A stretch of 64,000 nt of DNA from an uncultured Parachlamydiaceae bacterium (GCA_963742415.1 CAVULX010000002.1:128001-192000); one strand, 5' to 3'; counted from the stretch's first letter, positions 39,549-50,574 are shown. A program made the numbers and translations. Notes: generated by a model not told the origin, from the sequence alone.

Positions 39549-40100
39549 GTGTGCGCTGCACCTGAATATAGTGATGTGGATTTAGATTGGGCCGATAAAA
39601 ATAATTTAAGTAAAAAAAGGCCCATATATCCATGCAGAGGTTGGATTTGGCATAACAATCGAAGCGAAGTGATTGAAGGAATAGTATGGGGCGGATGTCT
39701 TGAAGTGCTTGATTTGCACTTATCTGTAAAGCAATACTTGCCCCCTATTGATCGATTAAATGAGTCTATCCTGTTTATTGAAACTTCGGAAGAGATGCCT
39801 ACGGAAGGCTTTGTGTATCGTTTTATCGCCGCTTTAGGTGAATTAGGGATCTTAAAAAGGTTTAAAGCAATATTGATGGCTTACCCGAAAGCCCAATTTT
39901 GTGATAGGCAGCCTTCTGAAGGAAGGGAAGCTTACATATTAAACCAACAAAATGCAGTAAAAACTGCTTTACGCGATTACAACTCAAATATTCCAATCGT
40001 CTTTAAGATGAATTTTGGACACACCGATCCCCAAATGATCATTCCAAGCGGCGGTATAGTTTCTATTGATGGAACAAATAAAACTATTTTCTTAAAATAA
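39549..40100 (+). pseudogene. C-terminal half of an S66 LD-carboxypeptidase/MccF-like protein
   Basis: GIVWGGCLEVL, ILFIETSEE, NFGHTDPQ..IP; catalytic-Ser N-domain and a good start are missing. Confidence 0.75.
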
Positions 40101-40142
40101 ATCTCTAATCAGTTTTTGTAAAATTAGTGTAAGAGGGAGGCG

Positions 40143-40171
40143 TTGACTTATTTCATTATTTACGGTAAGAT
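40143..40171 (+). promoter_or_regulatory. Sigma70-type promoter of the TA operon
   Basis: TTGACT-17 bp-TAAGAT, followed by AAGGAGG RBS. Confidence 0.6.
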
Positions 40172-40195
40172 GAGATCGAAATTAAGGAGGTAGAT

Positions 40196-40444
40196 ATGAC
40201 CCAAAAACGCAAATATGAAACTGTACGTTTAACTGTGGATTTCCCTGTTGAACAACACACCTACATAAAAATGATGGCTGCTAAAGAAGGAATTAGCATG
40301 AGACAATTTATTATTGAGCACTTGCCGAGTCCAGAAGTAGAGAAAACTAAAAAAGGAACCGTAAAAAAAACAAAATTCAAAGCACTGTTGGATGAAATTA
40401 TGACCGAATATGCTGCTGAATTAAGGAGCTTATCAAAACGATGA
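40196..40444 (+). CDS. Putative RHH-type antitoxin
   Basis: RLTVDFP..H..IK..AA..GISMRQFI; C-terminal YAAELRSLSKR; ATGA overlap with the doc-like gene. Confidence 0.75.
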   Translation: MTQKRKYETVRLTVDFPVEQHTYIKMMAAKEGISMRQFIIEHLPSPEVEKTKKGTVKKTKFKALLDEIMTEYAAELRSLSKR

Positions 40445-40890
40445 TTGAGTATTTATCCGTAGAAGAAGTCATAGCAATGCACGATGCCTTTTTACAAGAA
40501 TTTGGAGGCTTATCGGGCATTAGAGATATTAATCTCTTAATGTCAGCCATTGAAACACCTAAAAGCCAAATGTTTGGACAAGATTTACATCCAACTGTCT
40601 ACGATAAAGCTGCGGCTTATCTTTATCATATCGTTTGCAATCACCCCTTCAATGATGGGAATAAACGAACCGGCTTCGGTGCTGCGTTGCTATTTTTAAA
40701 AGCTAACTCAGTTCCCATAAAATTTGATAAGAAAAAGTATGAAAACCTTGTTGTAGAAGTCGCAATGGGCCAAATAAGTAAAAAAGAAATTGCTCGATTC
40801 TTGGAACATGGAGAAGAATCGTCGTCTTTGAGAAAAACCAAAAAAAGTGACTTATTAGAGTCACAAAAAGCTTTTGCTGAAATAGAGTAA
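40441..40890 (+). CDS. doc: Death-on-curing (Doc/Fic) family toxin
   Basis: GIRDINLLMSA, KAAAY, HPFNDGNKRTG. Confidence 0.88.
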   Translation: MIEYLSVEEVIAMHDAFLQEFGGLSGIRDINLLMSAIETPKSQMFGQDLHPTVYDKAAAYLYHIVCNHPFNDGNKRTGFGAALLFLKANSVPIKFDKKKYENLVVEVAMGQISKKEIARFLEHGEESSSLRKTKKSDLLESQKAFAEIE

Positions 40891-40960
40891 AAAACCTTAA
40901 CGTTGGGTTTTTACGCTATTCAGCATCGAAAACTATCTTCAGAACCATTTTTCATAAAAA

Positions 40961-41377
40961 TTATTTTTGCTGTGTCGTTGGATATCCTCTTTGTATCCAA
41001 TCTTCAATGCCTTCGTGATATTCATAAATGTTTTGATAACCCATCGAATAAAGCTTGTCATAGAGCCATCCGCTAGCTGGGCAATCAATACCATGGCAAT
41101 AGACCACAACGAGACTATTTATATTGGGAACAGCGGTCAAGATCTCTTCTTCAGTTGATTCAGAAGGCAGCCACATTGCATTTGGAAGCAATGTTCCATC
41201 AAAATATTTTTCGGACCGCGCATCTAAAACGACCATCGGTTTGCTTTTATTATACCACGATTTTAACTTTTCTGCAGAAATCATCGAATGGTTTTGCTCA
41301 GTAGTTGTTGTTGGTTCTTGAGACGCCGCTGCCAGAGGAGCTGTCATTAAAATTGCACTTAAAATTTGATAAAACAT
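40961..41377 (-). CDS. Exported rhodanese-domain protein
   Basis: VLDARS, LPNA, VVYC..DC..S, YHEGIEDW; signal peptide. Confidence 0.85.
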   Translation of the reverse strand: MFYQILSAILMTAPLAAASQEPTTTTEQNHSMISAEKLKSWYNKSKPMVVLDARSEKYFDGTLLPNAMWLPSESTEEEILTAVPNINSLVVVYCHGIDCPASGWLYDKLYSMGYQNIYEYHEGIEDWIQRGYPTTQQK

Positions 41378-41470
41378 TTTCTCTCCTTTTGTTTTATAAT
41401 TATTTCCTTTTCCTTTGAATGAGCATCAGAAATCTATTCTAATCCATATTTACTTTCTGATTGAGTCTTT

Positions 41471-42250
41471 TTACATTTTGCTTTGGGATTCCCTGTTAGG
41501 AAGGGGAACGATTTTATCTGAAACAAGGGAAGGATCGAGTTTTAAAAGTTCTGAAATTGTGACAAAGCGGTAGCCATCATTTTTTAGCCGTTCGATGACA
41601 ATAGGTATTGCTTGAACAGTCTGCCATCTATTTTCCCCGATGTTGTCTCCATTTCCATCATGACATAAAATAATCGAACCTGGCTTTGTTTGCGTTAAAA
41701 TTCGGTTTACAATGGTGATCACCCCAGGGCTCGCCCAATCATTTGGGATCACATCAAAAAGGATATGGGGTCTTTTAGATTTGTATAAAATCCATGGGAG
41801 TCCAACAAATTTTCTTCCATAGGGTGCCCTAAAATGGATTGTCCCTTTGTAGCCGGACTGTTTGATGAGGTTGTCCGTCTTATCAATTTCATCTTTCATA
41901 AAAGCAAGAGATTTAAAAATCATCGTAGGATGGGAATAACTATGATTCCCTATTTCATGCCCTTCCTCATAGATTTGATGTACAATAGCAGGAAACCTCT
42001 CAACATTTTTTCCCAATAAGAAAAAAGTGGCTGGGACGTCGTTTAGGTTCAAAATCTGTAAGATTTCTTTCGTATAATAAGAGGGACCATCATCGAAAGT
42101 CAAAGCGACCACTTTCTCTGGAGTCTTGATTCGATGGATGCACTTTCCAAAAAAATGGGGTGAACGGTGACTTCGGAGCCATAGGAATAAGGCATAAAAA
42201 GGGGCTACCAATGTTAAGGTGAGGAAAATCCAAATAAGTTTTTTTTTCAT
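41471..42250 (-). CDS. Polysaccharide (NodB/PgdA-like) deacetylase
   Basis: ALTFDDGP, ATFF, HEIGNHSYSH, FRAPYG, DW, IILCHD. Confidence 0.92.
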   Translation of the reverse strand: MKKKLIWIFLTLTLVAPFYALFLWLRSHRSPHFFGKCIHRIKTPEKVVALTFDDGPSYYTKEILQILNLNDVPATFFLLGKNVERFPAIVHQIYEEGHEIGNHSYSHPTMIFKSLAFMKDEIDKTDNLIKQSGYKGTIHFRAPYGRKFVGLPWILYKSKRPHILFDVIPNDWASPGVITIVNRILTQTKPGSIILCHDGNGDNIGENRWQTVQAIPIVIERLKNDGYRFVTISELLKLDPSLVSDKIVPLPNRESQSKM

Positions 42251-42459
42251 TTACAAATCCACTTCAATTCTATACCAGAATATACTCAAAATTTATTTAT
42301 TAAAAATGGATTTTGAGCAGATTCTAAGATGAGGAGAATGCAAATGAGGAGGCTGTGAAAATCACCAGTAGCCATTTTGAGATGGCAACGAATTTTTTAT
42401 GACAAAGAATTTAATAATTCTATATAATAAGTGTTTCTTAATTTTTATAGGATTTTTAT

Positions 42460-43877
42460 ATGTTCATATCTGAACAACAATACAAATATGGGACAGTAAA
42501 ATATAGTTATCAAGAAATTGAAGATCGACTCAATGCTATTTGCAATATAGATAAAGAGAATTCCTGGGTTCATCCAGATTTAACAACTAAACCAGTCTCC
42601 AATGTAGCCAAACGTATCCGTGGCATTAAATTCCCCTTTAACTGGCTTGCCAACCGATTCTATATTTTCCGTGCAGTTACATCTCCTCTGAATTGGCTTA
42701 TCAAGCGAGTTTATAAATGGAATGGCATCGAGATAGAAAAATCAAAGTTGTTCTTGGAAGAAATAAAGAAATGTGCGCGTACTAATTTTCATTCCCGTAT
42801 TGCTTTATTGGCTAACGATGCTATCAGTAAATTCAATCTCCAATTCCCAAAGCATCAATTGACTCAAGATATTCAGATACCTCTTCTTGATACAAAGGAT
42901 CAAGAATATAACCTAAAACTATTTCAAAGCGATTTGTCCTCAAATGCCAAATACAAGGGTGCAAATCGGTTGTAATCAACGAAAATTGTAGGATGCCACG
43001 GACTTTATATCATCTGCTTTGCATATATATTTTTTTAAAAAACGGGAACAATCAAAAAACATATCATAGCTTAAGTCTGTCTGTAAGTATGCAAGGTGAA
43101 AAGCTTTCGCTTGGTGATAGACAGAATGAATATGAACAAACGGTTAATCTGCTAAACTCGGAGATCCTAGATTTATTTAAAGAAAAAGATTTGGACCAGT
43201 TAACATGGGAAAATGTACAAATCCTCGTTGACCATATTTGCAGCGAATTCAAAACCATGCATAAGAACTACAAATCAATTTTCAAAGAGGAACATCAAAA
43301 AGAAAACCTTTGTTATCATTTTTATAGATTTTGTTATGATCGCGAAGATAATAGAGCTAACTTCAAAGAAATCACATTGCGCGCCTTAGCTCTTGAATGG
43401 GGAGCTGAAGAGGATACAGAGATCCTTTATCGGGGAGCACAAATTTCGGCTGATGATATTATTAGGGATAAGGGATGGGTCCATAGCTTAAGTTTTTCTC
43501 CAAGCCTTTTTGCTGGACTTGTCTTTGAAGGTACCCCATCTGGCACATGTTCCTATGTTTATTATAATGCTTTAGCCAATAAGCAATTATACGCATTGCG
43601 GTTACCTCGTTCAAAGTTAGAAAAATACTTTTTTTATCCCATCCTTTTTAAAAGCTGCAGTTTACTTCCTCTTATTGCTAGAGGGGAGTTTTCTCATCCT
43701 AGATTAAGAGTTTTTATGACTGAGGGAACAAAGAATATTTGTGGGGCGCAGAATCGGGTGGATGAAGTGAAAAGGCTAGCGGTTTTTATTCCCACTACGA
43801 AAATAAACGGCCCGGCAATATATCGAGAAAAAGTAGTAAAATTATTTCAAAAAAACATCCGTCTTTTAGCCGTTTAA
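42460..43877 (+). CDS. Hypothetical protein(s); ORFs 42460-42975 and 42993-43877 may be one frameshifted gene
   Basis: The second frame is open upstream of its ATG and overlaps the end of the first; LYRGA..SLSFS motif. Confidence 0.55.
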
Positions 43878-43947
43878 GAAAGACCATTTCTAATTTTTTG
43901 CTGCTGTTGAAATTCTAGCAAGAGTAAGTAATAGTTTGCCGAAAAGA

Positions 43948-44172
43948 TCAAAATCCCAATAACTTTGATAAAGGAGTACGCTTCTCCCCTCCTTTCTCTC
44001 CTTTCCCCTCTTTTTTTTTCTTTTCGTTTTTTGTTTTTTTCGACTTTTCGGCTGCTTTTATTTCAAATGGTTTCGAAGGAGGCGGGCCTTGATTTACGAT
44101 CCGAACATCGGGATCTTGAAAGACATATTTCACAGAATCGTGAGAAAAAACCTGATTTGAAATGGGATCCAT
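43948..44172 (-). CDS. Small Lys-rich hypothetical protein
   Basis: GGGAGG RBS before ATG; 74 aa. Confidence 0.55.
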   Translation of the reverse strand: MDPISNQVFSHDSVKYVFQDPDVRIVNQGPPPSKPFEIKAAEKSKKTKNEKKKKEGKGEKGGEKRTPLSKLLGF

Positions 44173-44329
44173 ATTAGCCTCCCCTTTCTTTATATTTTAA
44201 CATAAAAATATAATATATTCAACTTGGCTGCGTACCTTTAAAAAAGCGTAGGACTCAAAAGTTTTGGACGTTTTTATATGCCCCTGCTAAATTATACAGA
44301 ATGAGAATTTCAAATCTAAAGGGAACTTT

Positions 44330-45175
44330 ATGGAAAAGTCGATGAAAAGTTACACATGTCAAATTTTTATTAATGCTCCCGCGGCTACTGTTTATAAGGC
44401 ACTTGCAACTATAGAGGGGCTGCAAAAGTGGTGGACCCCTTTCTGCATGGGAGGGGAAAAAGAGGGGGATGAACTCAGTTTCTACTTCGATATTGGCCAT
44501 AATACCATGCGGATCGAAAAGCTTATTCCCAATCAAGAAGTGCGTTGGAAATGCATTGCTCAAAATTTTCCCGATTTAATGCCTAAACCCGATGAATGGG
44601 TAGGAACCTCTCTTCTATTTCACCTCACTCCAGATAAAAAAGGAACCAACTTGGAATTTGTGCACGAAGGATTAACTCCAGCTATGCACTGTTTTGATCT
44701 CTGCCGCAATGGGTGGGATCACTTTCTCAAAGAAAGCCTTAAGAGCTTAGTGGAGACAGGAACAGGAAAACCATACACTTCCACAAAATCTCTTTATCCC
44801 ATTGGGGGTTTATCTTGGTTTGAAATTCCTGTTAGCGATATCGAAAAAGCCAAACAATTTTACTCCGCTTTATTTGGATGGAACTATGAAAAATTCATGT
44901 ATGAAGCCTCCTACTGCGCCATCCAAGGGGAAAATGGGAGGATGGGTGCTCTACGCCAAACAAACGAGCTAGCTTCCAGCAAGCCCGTTTCCCATCCCCT
45001 CCCTGTGATGTACTTTACTGTTGACGATGTGGGTGGAACACTCAAAAAAGTGCAATCTTTAGGAGGGCAAATTGCTCTTGATAAATGTGACATCCCAAAC
45101 AATGGTGGGAGCTATGCTCATTTTCATGATTTAGACAAAAATCGGATAGGGATCTACGCTCTTCCTAAAGCATAA
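44330..45175 (+). CDS. SRPBCC (AHSA1) + VOC/glyoxalase fusion protein
   Basis: VYKAL.T.EGL.KWW, EWVGT, F.HEGL, GW..FL; WFEIPVSDIEKAKQFY..LFGW, YFTVDD, D.DKNRIG. Confidence 0.85.
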   Translation: MEKSMKSYTCQIFINAPAATVYKALATIEGLQKWWTPFCMGGEKEGDELSFYFDIGHNTMRIEKLIPNQEVRWKCIAQNFPDLMPKPDEWVGTSLLFHLTPDKKGTNLEFVHEGLTPAMHCFDLCRNGWDHFLKESLKSLVETGTGKPYTSTKSLYPIGGLSWFEIPVSDIEKAKQFYSALFGWNYEKFMYEASYCAIQGENGRMGALRQTNELASSKPVSHPLPVMYFTVDDVGGTLKKVQSLGGQIALDKCDIPNNGGSYAHFHDLDKNRIGIYALPKA

Positions 45176-45290
45176 CCCTACCTTTAAATTAGGCAGTTAT
45201 GTTAACCTTCAGCCTCTAAAAACACCACCGAATGTCACTCAGAATTGGAATTTGGAGCTGCGTTCGGTATAATTTAAAAATGGTATAAAC

Positions 45291-46163
45291 ATGAATAATA
45301 TTTCTTTAGCGAATAATTTATCCCTCAATACTCCTATTTGTTGCTTTTCTAATGATGAACAACGAGGCAAGGAATATAATCAATTGATCCTCGATGGGCT
45401 GGAAACAATAAAAAAAACAGAAACTGGTCGAACTCTGCTTGAAAAGATTGGAAAAAGCGTTCACCAAATCGTGATTTCAACACATCCTCACACGCAAGAT
45501 TGTCAAGAAGGTTTAAAAAGTGGAAAAATGCTGTACACTAAATATGTAGATGAAAGTGGAGCAACTAGACCGGGGAAAGGATCTCCTTCCTATATTTTTA
45601 TTGATCCTAACTACAAAACAAAAATGCCTGTTTTATTTACAGAGTTTCATCAAAAACATTGTGTTCAAACCCGATTATGTTCAGCCAAATGTCGCCAGGC
45701 TGAAGACACATGTGTCAAGACTATGTCATTTGCTCGCATCTTATTTCACGAGCTCGTGCATGCTCAACATAACCAAGAAGGAATCAATAAGTATTCCGGT
45801 ACAAATGTCTCGGATGAGTACAGAAGCTGCGTGGAAACCAATTCCATCGAATTGGAAAACAAATTTGCAATTGAACTGGCGCAACTAAAATTGGGAAGGC
45901 TGCTTGATGAAGAGGAATTAGATAAAGAGAGCCGACATGGCTTACTTCCGCCTATGTATCCGATCAATAATTCTTCTAGTCATTTAGGTAAATATAGTTT
46001 CCAGCAAAAAAAATTTTTGCTTTCGGAGGGACCTAGAATAATTTCTGGACTTGGACAAGAATTCGCATTGATGAATCAAATGAGAGAAAATAGGGAAAAA
46101 GGGTCTAGTTCGTCTACCCAAAGCAAAAACGACGCAGAGGATATTGCTAATTACAAAGTTTAA
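45291..46163 (+). CDS. Zinc metalloprotease (M91/NleD-like), candidate secreted effector
   Basis: L..I..T.TGR.LL, G.GS, ILFHELVHAQH (HEXXH), EN. Confidence 0.65.
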   Translation: MNNISLANNLSLNTPICCFSNDEQRGKEYNQLILDGLETIKKTETGRTLLEKIGKSVHQIVISTHPHTQDCQEGLKSGKMLYTKYVDESGATRPGKGSPSYIFIDPNYKTKMPVLFTEFHQKHCVQTRLCSAKCRQAEDTCVKTMSFARILFHELVHAQHNQEGINKYSGTNVSDEYRSCVETNSIELENKFAIELAQLKLGRLLDEEELDKESRHGLLPPMYPINNSSSHLGKYSFQQKKFLLSEGPRIISGLGQEFALMNQMRENREKGSSSSTQSKNDAEDIANYKV

Positions 46164-46287
46164 AAAGATCGACAACAGTTAAAATTTTTCTGGAATGGAA
46201 GAATTTTCTGGAATAGAAATCATTTTTATACAATTTTCGTCATAAGACATTTGTTATAAAAAAAATTTCTTGGGCTGTTGAACCGCA

Positions 46288-47775
46288 ATGGTTTTTTCTA
46301 GAATAATTTTTACAGGTATTCCATTTTTATTTTTATTTGGATGTTCTTCGGTGCGTCATGCGGTCCCATTGGATGCTCCTGCAGAAGCTTTGGATAACGC
46401 CATCCAAGAGGCAAGCAATGATCCCATTTTCCAAAACGAAAGTGTTCCTGAACAATGGTGGCTGCTTTTCAACGATCCTCAATTGAATGATTTTATTGAA
46501 ACAAGTTTCACCAGAAATCCCAATTTACATTCTGCCCAAGCAAAAATTTTATCTGCAATTTATAATGCCGCCAGCATCCGCGCCTCTCTTTATCCCTACA
46601 TCTTCTGGGGAGCCGATGTGTCTAGACAAAGATTGAGTGAAACGGGCGTTATCCCTTTTAGCACCGGACCGGCCGGCTCGGGAACACCTCCGGTAGCTGT
46701 ACCCACGACCCCCGGAGCATCCAGCGGGATCCCCCTTTATTTCACTTTGTATGAAACTGAATTGAATTTGAGATACAACTTTGATTTTTGGAATAAAAAC
46801 CGGAATACTTTCCGGGCAGCACTTGGCCAAGTTCAGGCCAATATAGCTGAAGAAGCCTTTGTTCGACTGCAGCTTGGGATTTTAGTGTCTGAAGCCTATT
46901 ATGAATTGCAAACCAATTACAAGAGGCAGGAAATTGCGCAAGCCCTTGTCGACAACCGCACGCGTTATCGCAACCTCATCCAAAAAAGAGTCAATGCTAA
47001 TTTGGATAACCAATTATCCTTGCAGAGTGCTGAATCGAATTTGAGCGATGCTAAAAGCCTCCTTCTTGAAATCCAAGGGGATATCGCAGTTAACGAATAT
47101 CAGCTTAAAGCCTACATGGCCGGGAACTTTGAGGAGGAGATCGGGCAAATCGATATTGTTCGACAGCCACTGCCTTGTGTTCCTTTGCCGCAAGATCTCC
47201 CTTTGCATCTTATTGGAAAACGCCCTGACATTATAGCCCAGATATGGTTAATTGAATCAGCCGGACGTCAAATCGAAGTTGCAAAAGCGGGATTTTATCC
47301 CGATTTCAACTTGTATGCCTTTTTTGGATTTCAAACGATCCATTTTGCAGATTTATTTAAATGGCCTAGCAGGTATTTTAATATAGACCCTGCTGTTACT
47401 TTGCCCATCTTTGATGCAGGGAAATTAATGGCTGATTTACGCTTCAGCGAAGTGAATTATGACCTGGCGATTTTTGAATACAACAATTTAGTGATTAATG
47501 CTGCAAAAGAGGTTTTAGATGCGATTGCCGTCCTTCGCAATGTCTGGCAGCAACAACAGGAATTTGAAAACAAGTTTGAAAGGCAATCTGAATTGCACCA
47601 TTTGACAAGCTTAAGAGTATTGCATAATTTGAACAGCAATCTGGATGAATTAACCAGTGAATGGAGTATGTTAAAGGCTAGAGATCAAGAAGTTACGGCT
47701 TTAGGCAAGACGCTCAAAGCGATATTGGAGTTAATCAAAGCCCTGGGTGGCGGATATGATAACTGTGAAGTTTAA
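46288..47775 (+). CDS. Efflux outer-membrane factor lipoprotein (NodT/TolC family)
   Basis: Lipobox LFGC, WW..FNDPQL, RPDI, AKAGFYPD, KALGGG. Confidence 0.92.
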   Translation: MVFSRIIFTGIPFLFLFGCSSVRHAVPLDAPAEALDNAIQEASNDPIFQNESVPEQWWLLFNDPQLNDFIETSFTRNPNLHSAQAKILSAIYNAASIRASLYPYIFWGADVSRQRLSETGVIPFSTGPAGSGTPPVAVPTTPGASSGIPLYFTLYETELNLRYNFDFWNKNRNTFRAALGQVQANIAEEAFVRLQLGILVSEAYYELQTNYKRQEIAQALVDNRTRYRNLIQKRVNANLDNQLSLQSAESNLSDAKSLLLEIQGDIAVNEYQLKAYMAGNFEEEIGQIDIVRQPLPCVPLPQDLPLHLIGKRPDIIAQIWLIESAGRQIEVAKAGFYPDFNLYAFFGFQTIHFADLFKWPSRYFNIDPAVTLPIFDAGKLMADLRFSEVNYDLAIFEYNNLVINAAKEVLDAIAVLRNVWQQQQEFENKFERQSELHHLTSLRVLHNLNSNLDELTSEWSMLKARDQEVTALGKTLKAILELIKALGGGYDNCEV

Positions 47776-47778
47776 AAA

Positions 47779-49026
47779 ATGACAACACCTACAGAGGAAA
47801 AAAAACAAAGTTCGCCAGGAGCAGTGGAATCTGGCTCAGCAAAGGAAAAAACTCCTGAAGCTCCAGCAAACCAAAATGCTCCTGCGCCTCCTCATCGTAA
47901 CAAACTATTATGGATTGTTACGCTAGGATTATTGTTGGGTGGTTTGATTTGGTTTTTGGTGTGGTTTTTTTATCTACAGTATCATGCCTCAACTGATGAT
48001 GCTTATGCTAATGGCAGCCTTGTTAACATTAATTCCCCCATTACAGGTACCGTTGTGGCTTTCTATGCTGATGACACGGATCTTGTCATAGAAGGGCAGT
48101 TATTAGTGCAGCTTGATACCACCTATTATCGGATTGCATACGAAAAAACGTTGGCTAGCCTTGCCTTTGAAGCCTTGCAAATAAGGCAGTATTATGATGA
48201 TTTTCTCGTTAACCAAGCAAACGTTGAGATTAGAAAGACTTCCCTATCTAAGGCCCGTTTTGACTATGAAAATCGGTCGCAGTTAGTCGATTCTCAAGCT
48301 GTATCCAAAGAAGACTTTGTCCATTCCAGAGATGATTTGACAATCGCCGAAAATGAATTAAAAAAGGCGGAGTATCAATTAAAAGTCTCTCAAGCTATTT
48401 TAGGAGATACTCCATTGGATGAGCACCCCATGCTCAAAGAAAAAAAAGCTGCTGTCAGGGAAGCCTATTATAATTTGAAGCATTGCGAGCTTTATGCACC
48501 GGTCACGGGATATGTAGCCAAGAGAGCTGTCAATGTGGGGCAATCTGTGACCCGTACGACAGACTTGATGGCGATCATTCCGAAAGACTATGTTTGGGTC
48601 GATGCCAATTTCAAAGAAACAGAATTGACCTACATGCGTGTGGGACAGCCCGCGACCGTTTGGTTTGATATGTATGGGTCTGACGTGAAATATCAAGGCA
48701 AAGTTTTGGGGATCGCCTCAGGTTCAGGAAGCGTGTTTTCACTCATCCCCCCCCAAAATGCTACAGGAAACTGGATCAAAATTGTGCAGAGGCTTCCAGT
48801 GAGGATCAGCCTAGATCCCGAAGTCGTTAAGAAATATCCTGTCCGAATAGGGATCTCAGCCGAAGTCGATGTGAACATAACAAATAGAAATCTGCCCATG
48901 TTGGTGCAAGTTCCCCCGACGAAGCCTGTGACTACCACAAATGTCTACGATATCGATTTAGAAGAGGTCAATGAGATCATTAATAACATTGTGCAGACAA
49001 ATTTATTCCAGCAAGAAATACCGTAG
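47779..49026 (+). CDS. emrA: EmrA-family membrane fusion protein
   Basis: STDDAY, WVDANFKETEL, FSLIPPQNATGNWIKIVQRLPVRI. Confidence 0.9.
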   Translation: MTTPTEEKKQSSPGAVESGSAKEKTPEAPANQNAPAPPHRNKLLWIVTLGLLLGGLIWFLVWFFYLQYHASTDDAYANGSLVNINSPITGTVVAFYADDTDLVIEGQLLVQLDTTYYRIAYEKTLASLAFEALQIRQYYDDFLVNQANVEIRKTSLSKARFDYENRSQLVDSQAVSKEDFVHSRDDLTIAENELKKAEYQLKVSQAILGDTPLDEHPMLKEKKAAVREAYYNLKHCELYAPVTGYVAKRAVNVGQSVTRTTDLMAIIPKDYVWVDANFKETELTYMRVGQPATVWFDMYGSDVKYQGKVLGIASGSGSVFSLIPPQNATGNWIKIVQRLPVRISLDPEVVKKYPVRIGISAEVDVNITNRNLPMLVQVPPTKPVTTTNVYDIDLEEVNEIINNIVQTNLFQQEIP

Positions 49027-49038
49027 AAACCCGGTTTT

Positions 49039-50574
49039 ATGAAATATTACCAAGGAAACCGTTTACTCCTGCTAAATTTCGCTTTGGGCCTTGGCACATT
49101 CATTCAAATTCTAGATTCTTCCATTGCTAATGTCGCCATCCCCTACATTGCGGGAAATTTGAGTGTCAGTGCGGACGAAGGAACCTGGGTGATTACCTCA
49201 TTTGCTGCCAGCAATGCCATTGTTCTGCCTTTGACCGGATGGCTCTCAGACTACTTTGGCAAAATTCGTTTGTTCGTCTGGTCAGTTTTATTGTTTGCAT
49301 TTACATCATTTTGCTGCGGTTTTTCCCAAAGCTTAACCACGTTGATTCTCTTTCGTATTTTTCAAGGCGCTGTAGCTGGATCATTAATTCCCCTTTCGCA
49401 AAGTATTCTCATGACTTGCAACCCTCCCGAAAAACAAGGGGCAGCCCTTGGATTTTGGTCGATGGTGGTTATTGTAGCGCCTGTAGTTGGTCCGGTTGTT
49501 GGGGGGTATCTTACAGAAGTCTATTCTTGGCCTTGGATCTTCTATATCAATGTTCCAATCGGAATTTTTTCTGCTTTGGTGACTTGGTTTTTCTTGAAGG
49601 ATCAGGAAAGCAAAATTGTGCGCAATCCTATCGATTGGGTGGGGTTGTTTTTTTTATCGGTAGGAGTCGCCTGTTTGCAGATCATGTTGGACAAAGGAAA
49701 AGATTTGGATTGGTTTGAGTCTAATTTCATTATCACCTTGACGGTCACTTCTGCAGTCTCGTTGCTTTATTTCGGCATATGGAATTATTTTCAAAAATTT
49801 CCCATTGTAGATTTTTCTTTTTTTAAGCTGCGCAATTTTACCATAGGAACAACAGCGATAACGATCGGCTTTTTACTTTATTTTACAAGCACAGTCACCA
49901 TCCCTCTTTGGCTTCAAACAGAACAGAATTATACAGCTTATTGGTCGGGAGTGGCGGTGGCTCCCGTCGGGATCGTTTCGGTGTTTCTGTCTACTACTGT
50001 AGGAAAATATATGGACCGTTTCGACGTTAGAGCGATTGCAGCCTGCAGCTTTGTTTTATTTTCGTTAGGATTTTTCTACCAATCCAATTTTACTACTCAG
50101 GTTAGCTTGGAACAAGTTATGCTTGCCCGATTTTATCAAGGATTTGGGATCACCCTCTTTTTCCTTCCCATTGTGCGAATTGCCCTCAGTGAAGTTCCCA
50201 CAATGAAACTTCCCAGCGCTTCAGGTTTATTTCATTTTATAAGGATCTTAGTGGGAAGCGGATTTGGGACATCGCTTGTTATTGAATTGTGGACCCGTTT
50301 GGAGATTTTCCACCATGCTCGGTTATCTGAATACATCAACCCTTACCGCTCTTTGACAAATGCCGCTTATGAAGGATTAAATAACTATAATCCCGTTTTT
50401 ACCCACAATGTTGTTAGTCACATTATCGATAGGGAAGTGGAGCAGCAAGCTTTTATGCTATCGACCAACGATCTGACGTGGTTGTCAGCCTGGCTTTTTC
50501 TTTTGATGATTCCGATGATTTTCCTATGCAAGCGTGTCGGCAAAACCGCCGCGACAGTCCCGGCGGCTCATTAG
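49039..50574 (+). CDS. emrB: EmrB/DHA2 MFS efflux pump
   Basis: ILDSSIANVAIP, WVITSF, APVVGP, WPWIFYINVPIG, DKGKDLDWF. Confidence 0.92.
   Translation: MKYYQGNRLLLLNFALGLGTFIQILDSSIANVAIPYIAGNLSVSADEGTWVITSFAASNAIVLPLTGWLSDYFGKIRLFVWSVLLFAFTSFCCGFSQSLTTLILFRIFQGAVAGSLIPLSQSILMTCNPPEKQGAALGFWSMVVIVAPVVGPVVGGYLTEVYSWPWIFYINVPIGIFSALVTWFFLKDQESKIVRNPIDWVGLFFLSVGVACLQIMLDKGKDLDWFESNFIITLTVTSAVSLLYFGIWNYFQKFPIVDFSFFKLRNFTIGTTAITIGFLLYFTSTVTIPLWLQTEQNYTAYWSGVAVAPVGIVSVFLSTTVGKYMDRFDVRAIAACSFVLFSLGFFYQSNFTTQVSLEQVMLARFYQGFGITLFFLPIVRIALSEVPTMKLPSASGLFHFIRILVGSGFGTSLVIELWTRLEIFHHARLSEYINPYRSLTNAAYEGLNNYNPVFTHNVVSHIIDREVEQQAFMLSTNDLTWLSAWLFLLMIPMIFLCKRVGKTAATVPAAH

Noticed and set aside
45195-45240. 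GTTAACCTTC...TGTCAC resembling a cassette left arm
   Set aside because: The match is too short, with no adjacent att core or proper heptamer doublet.
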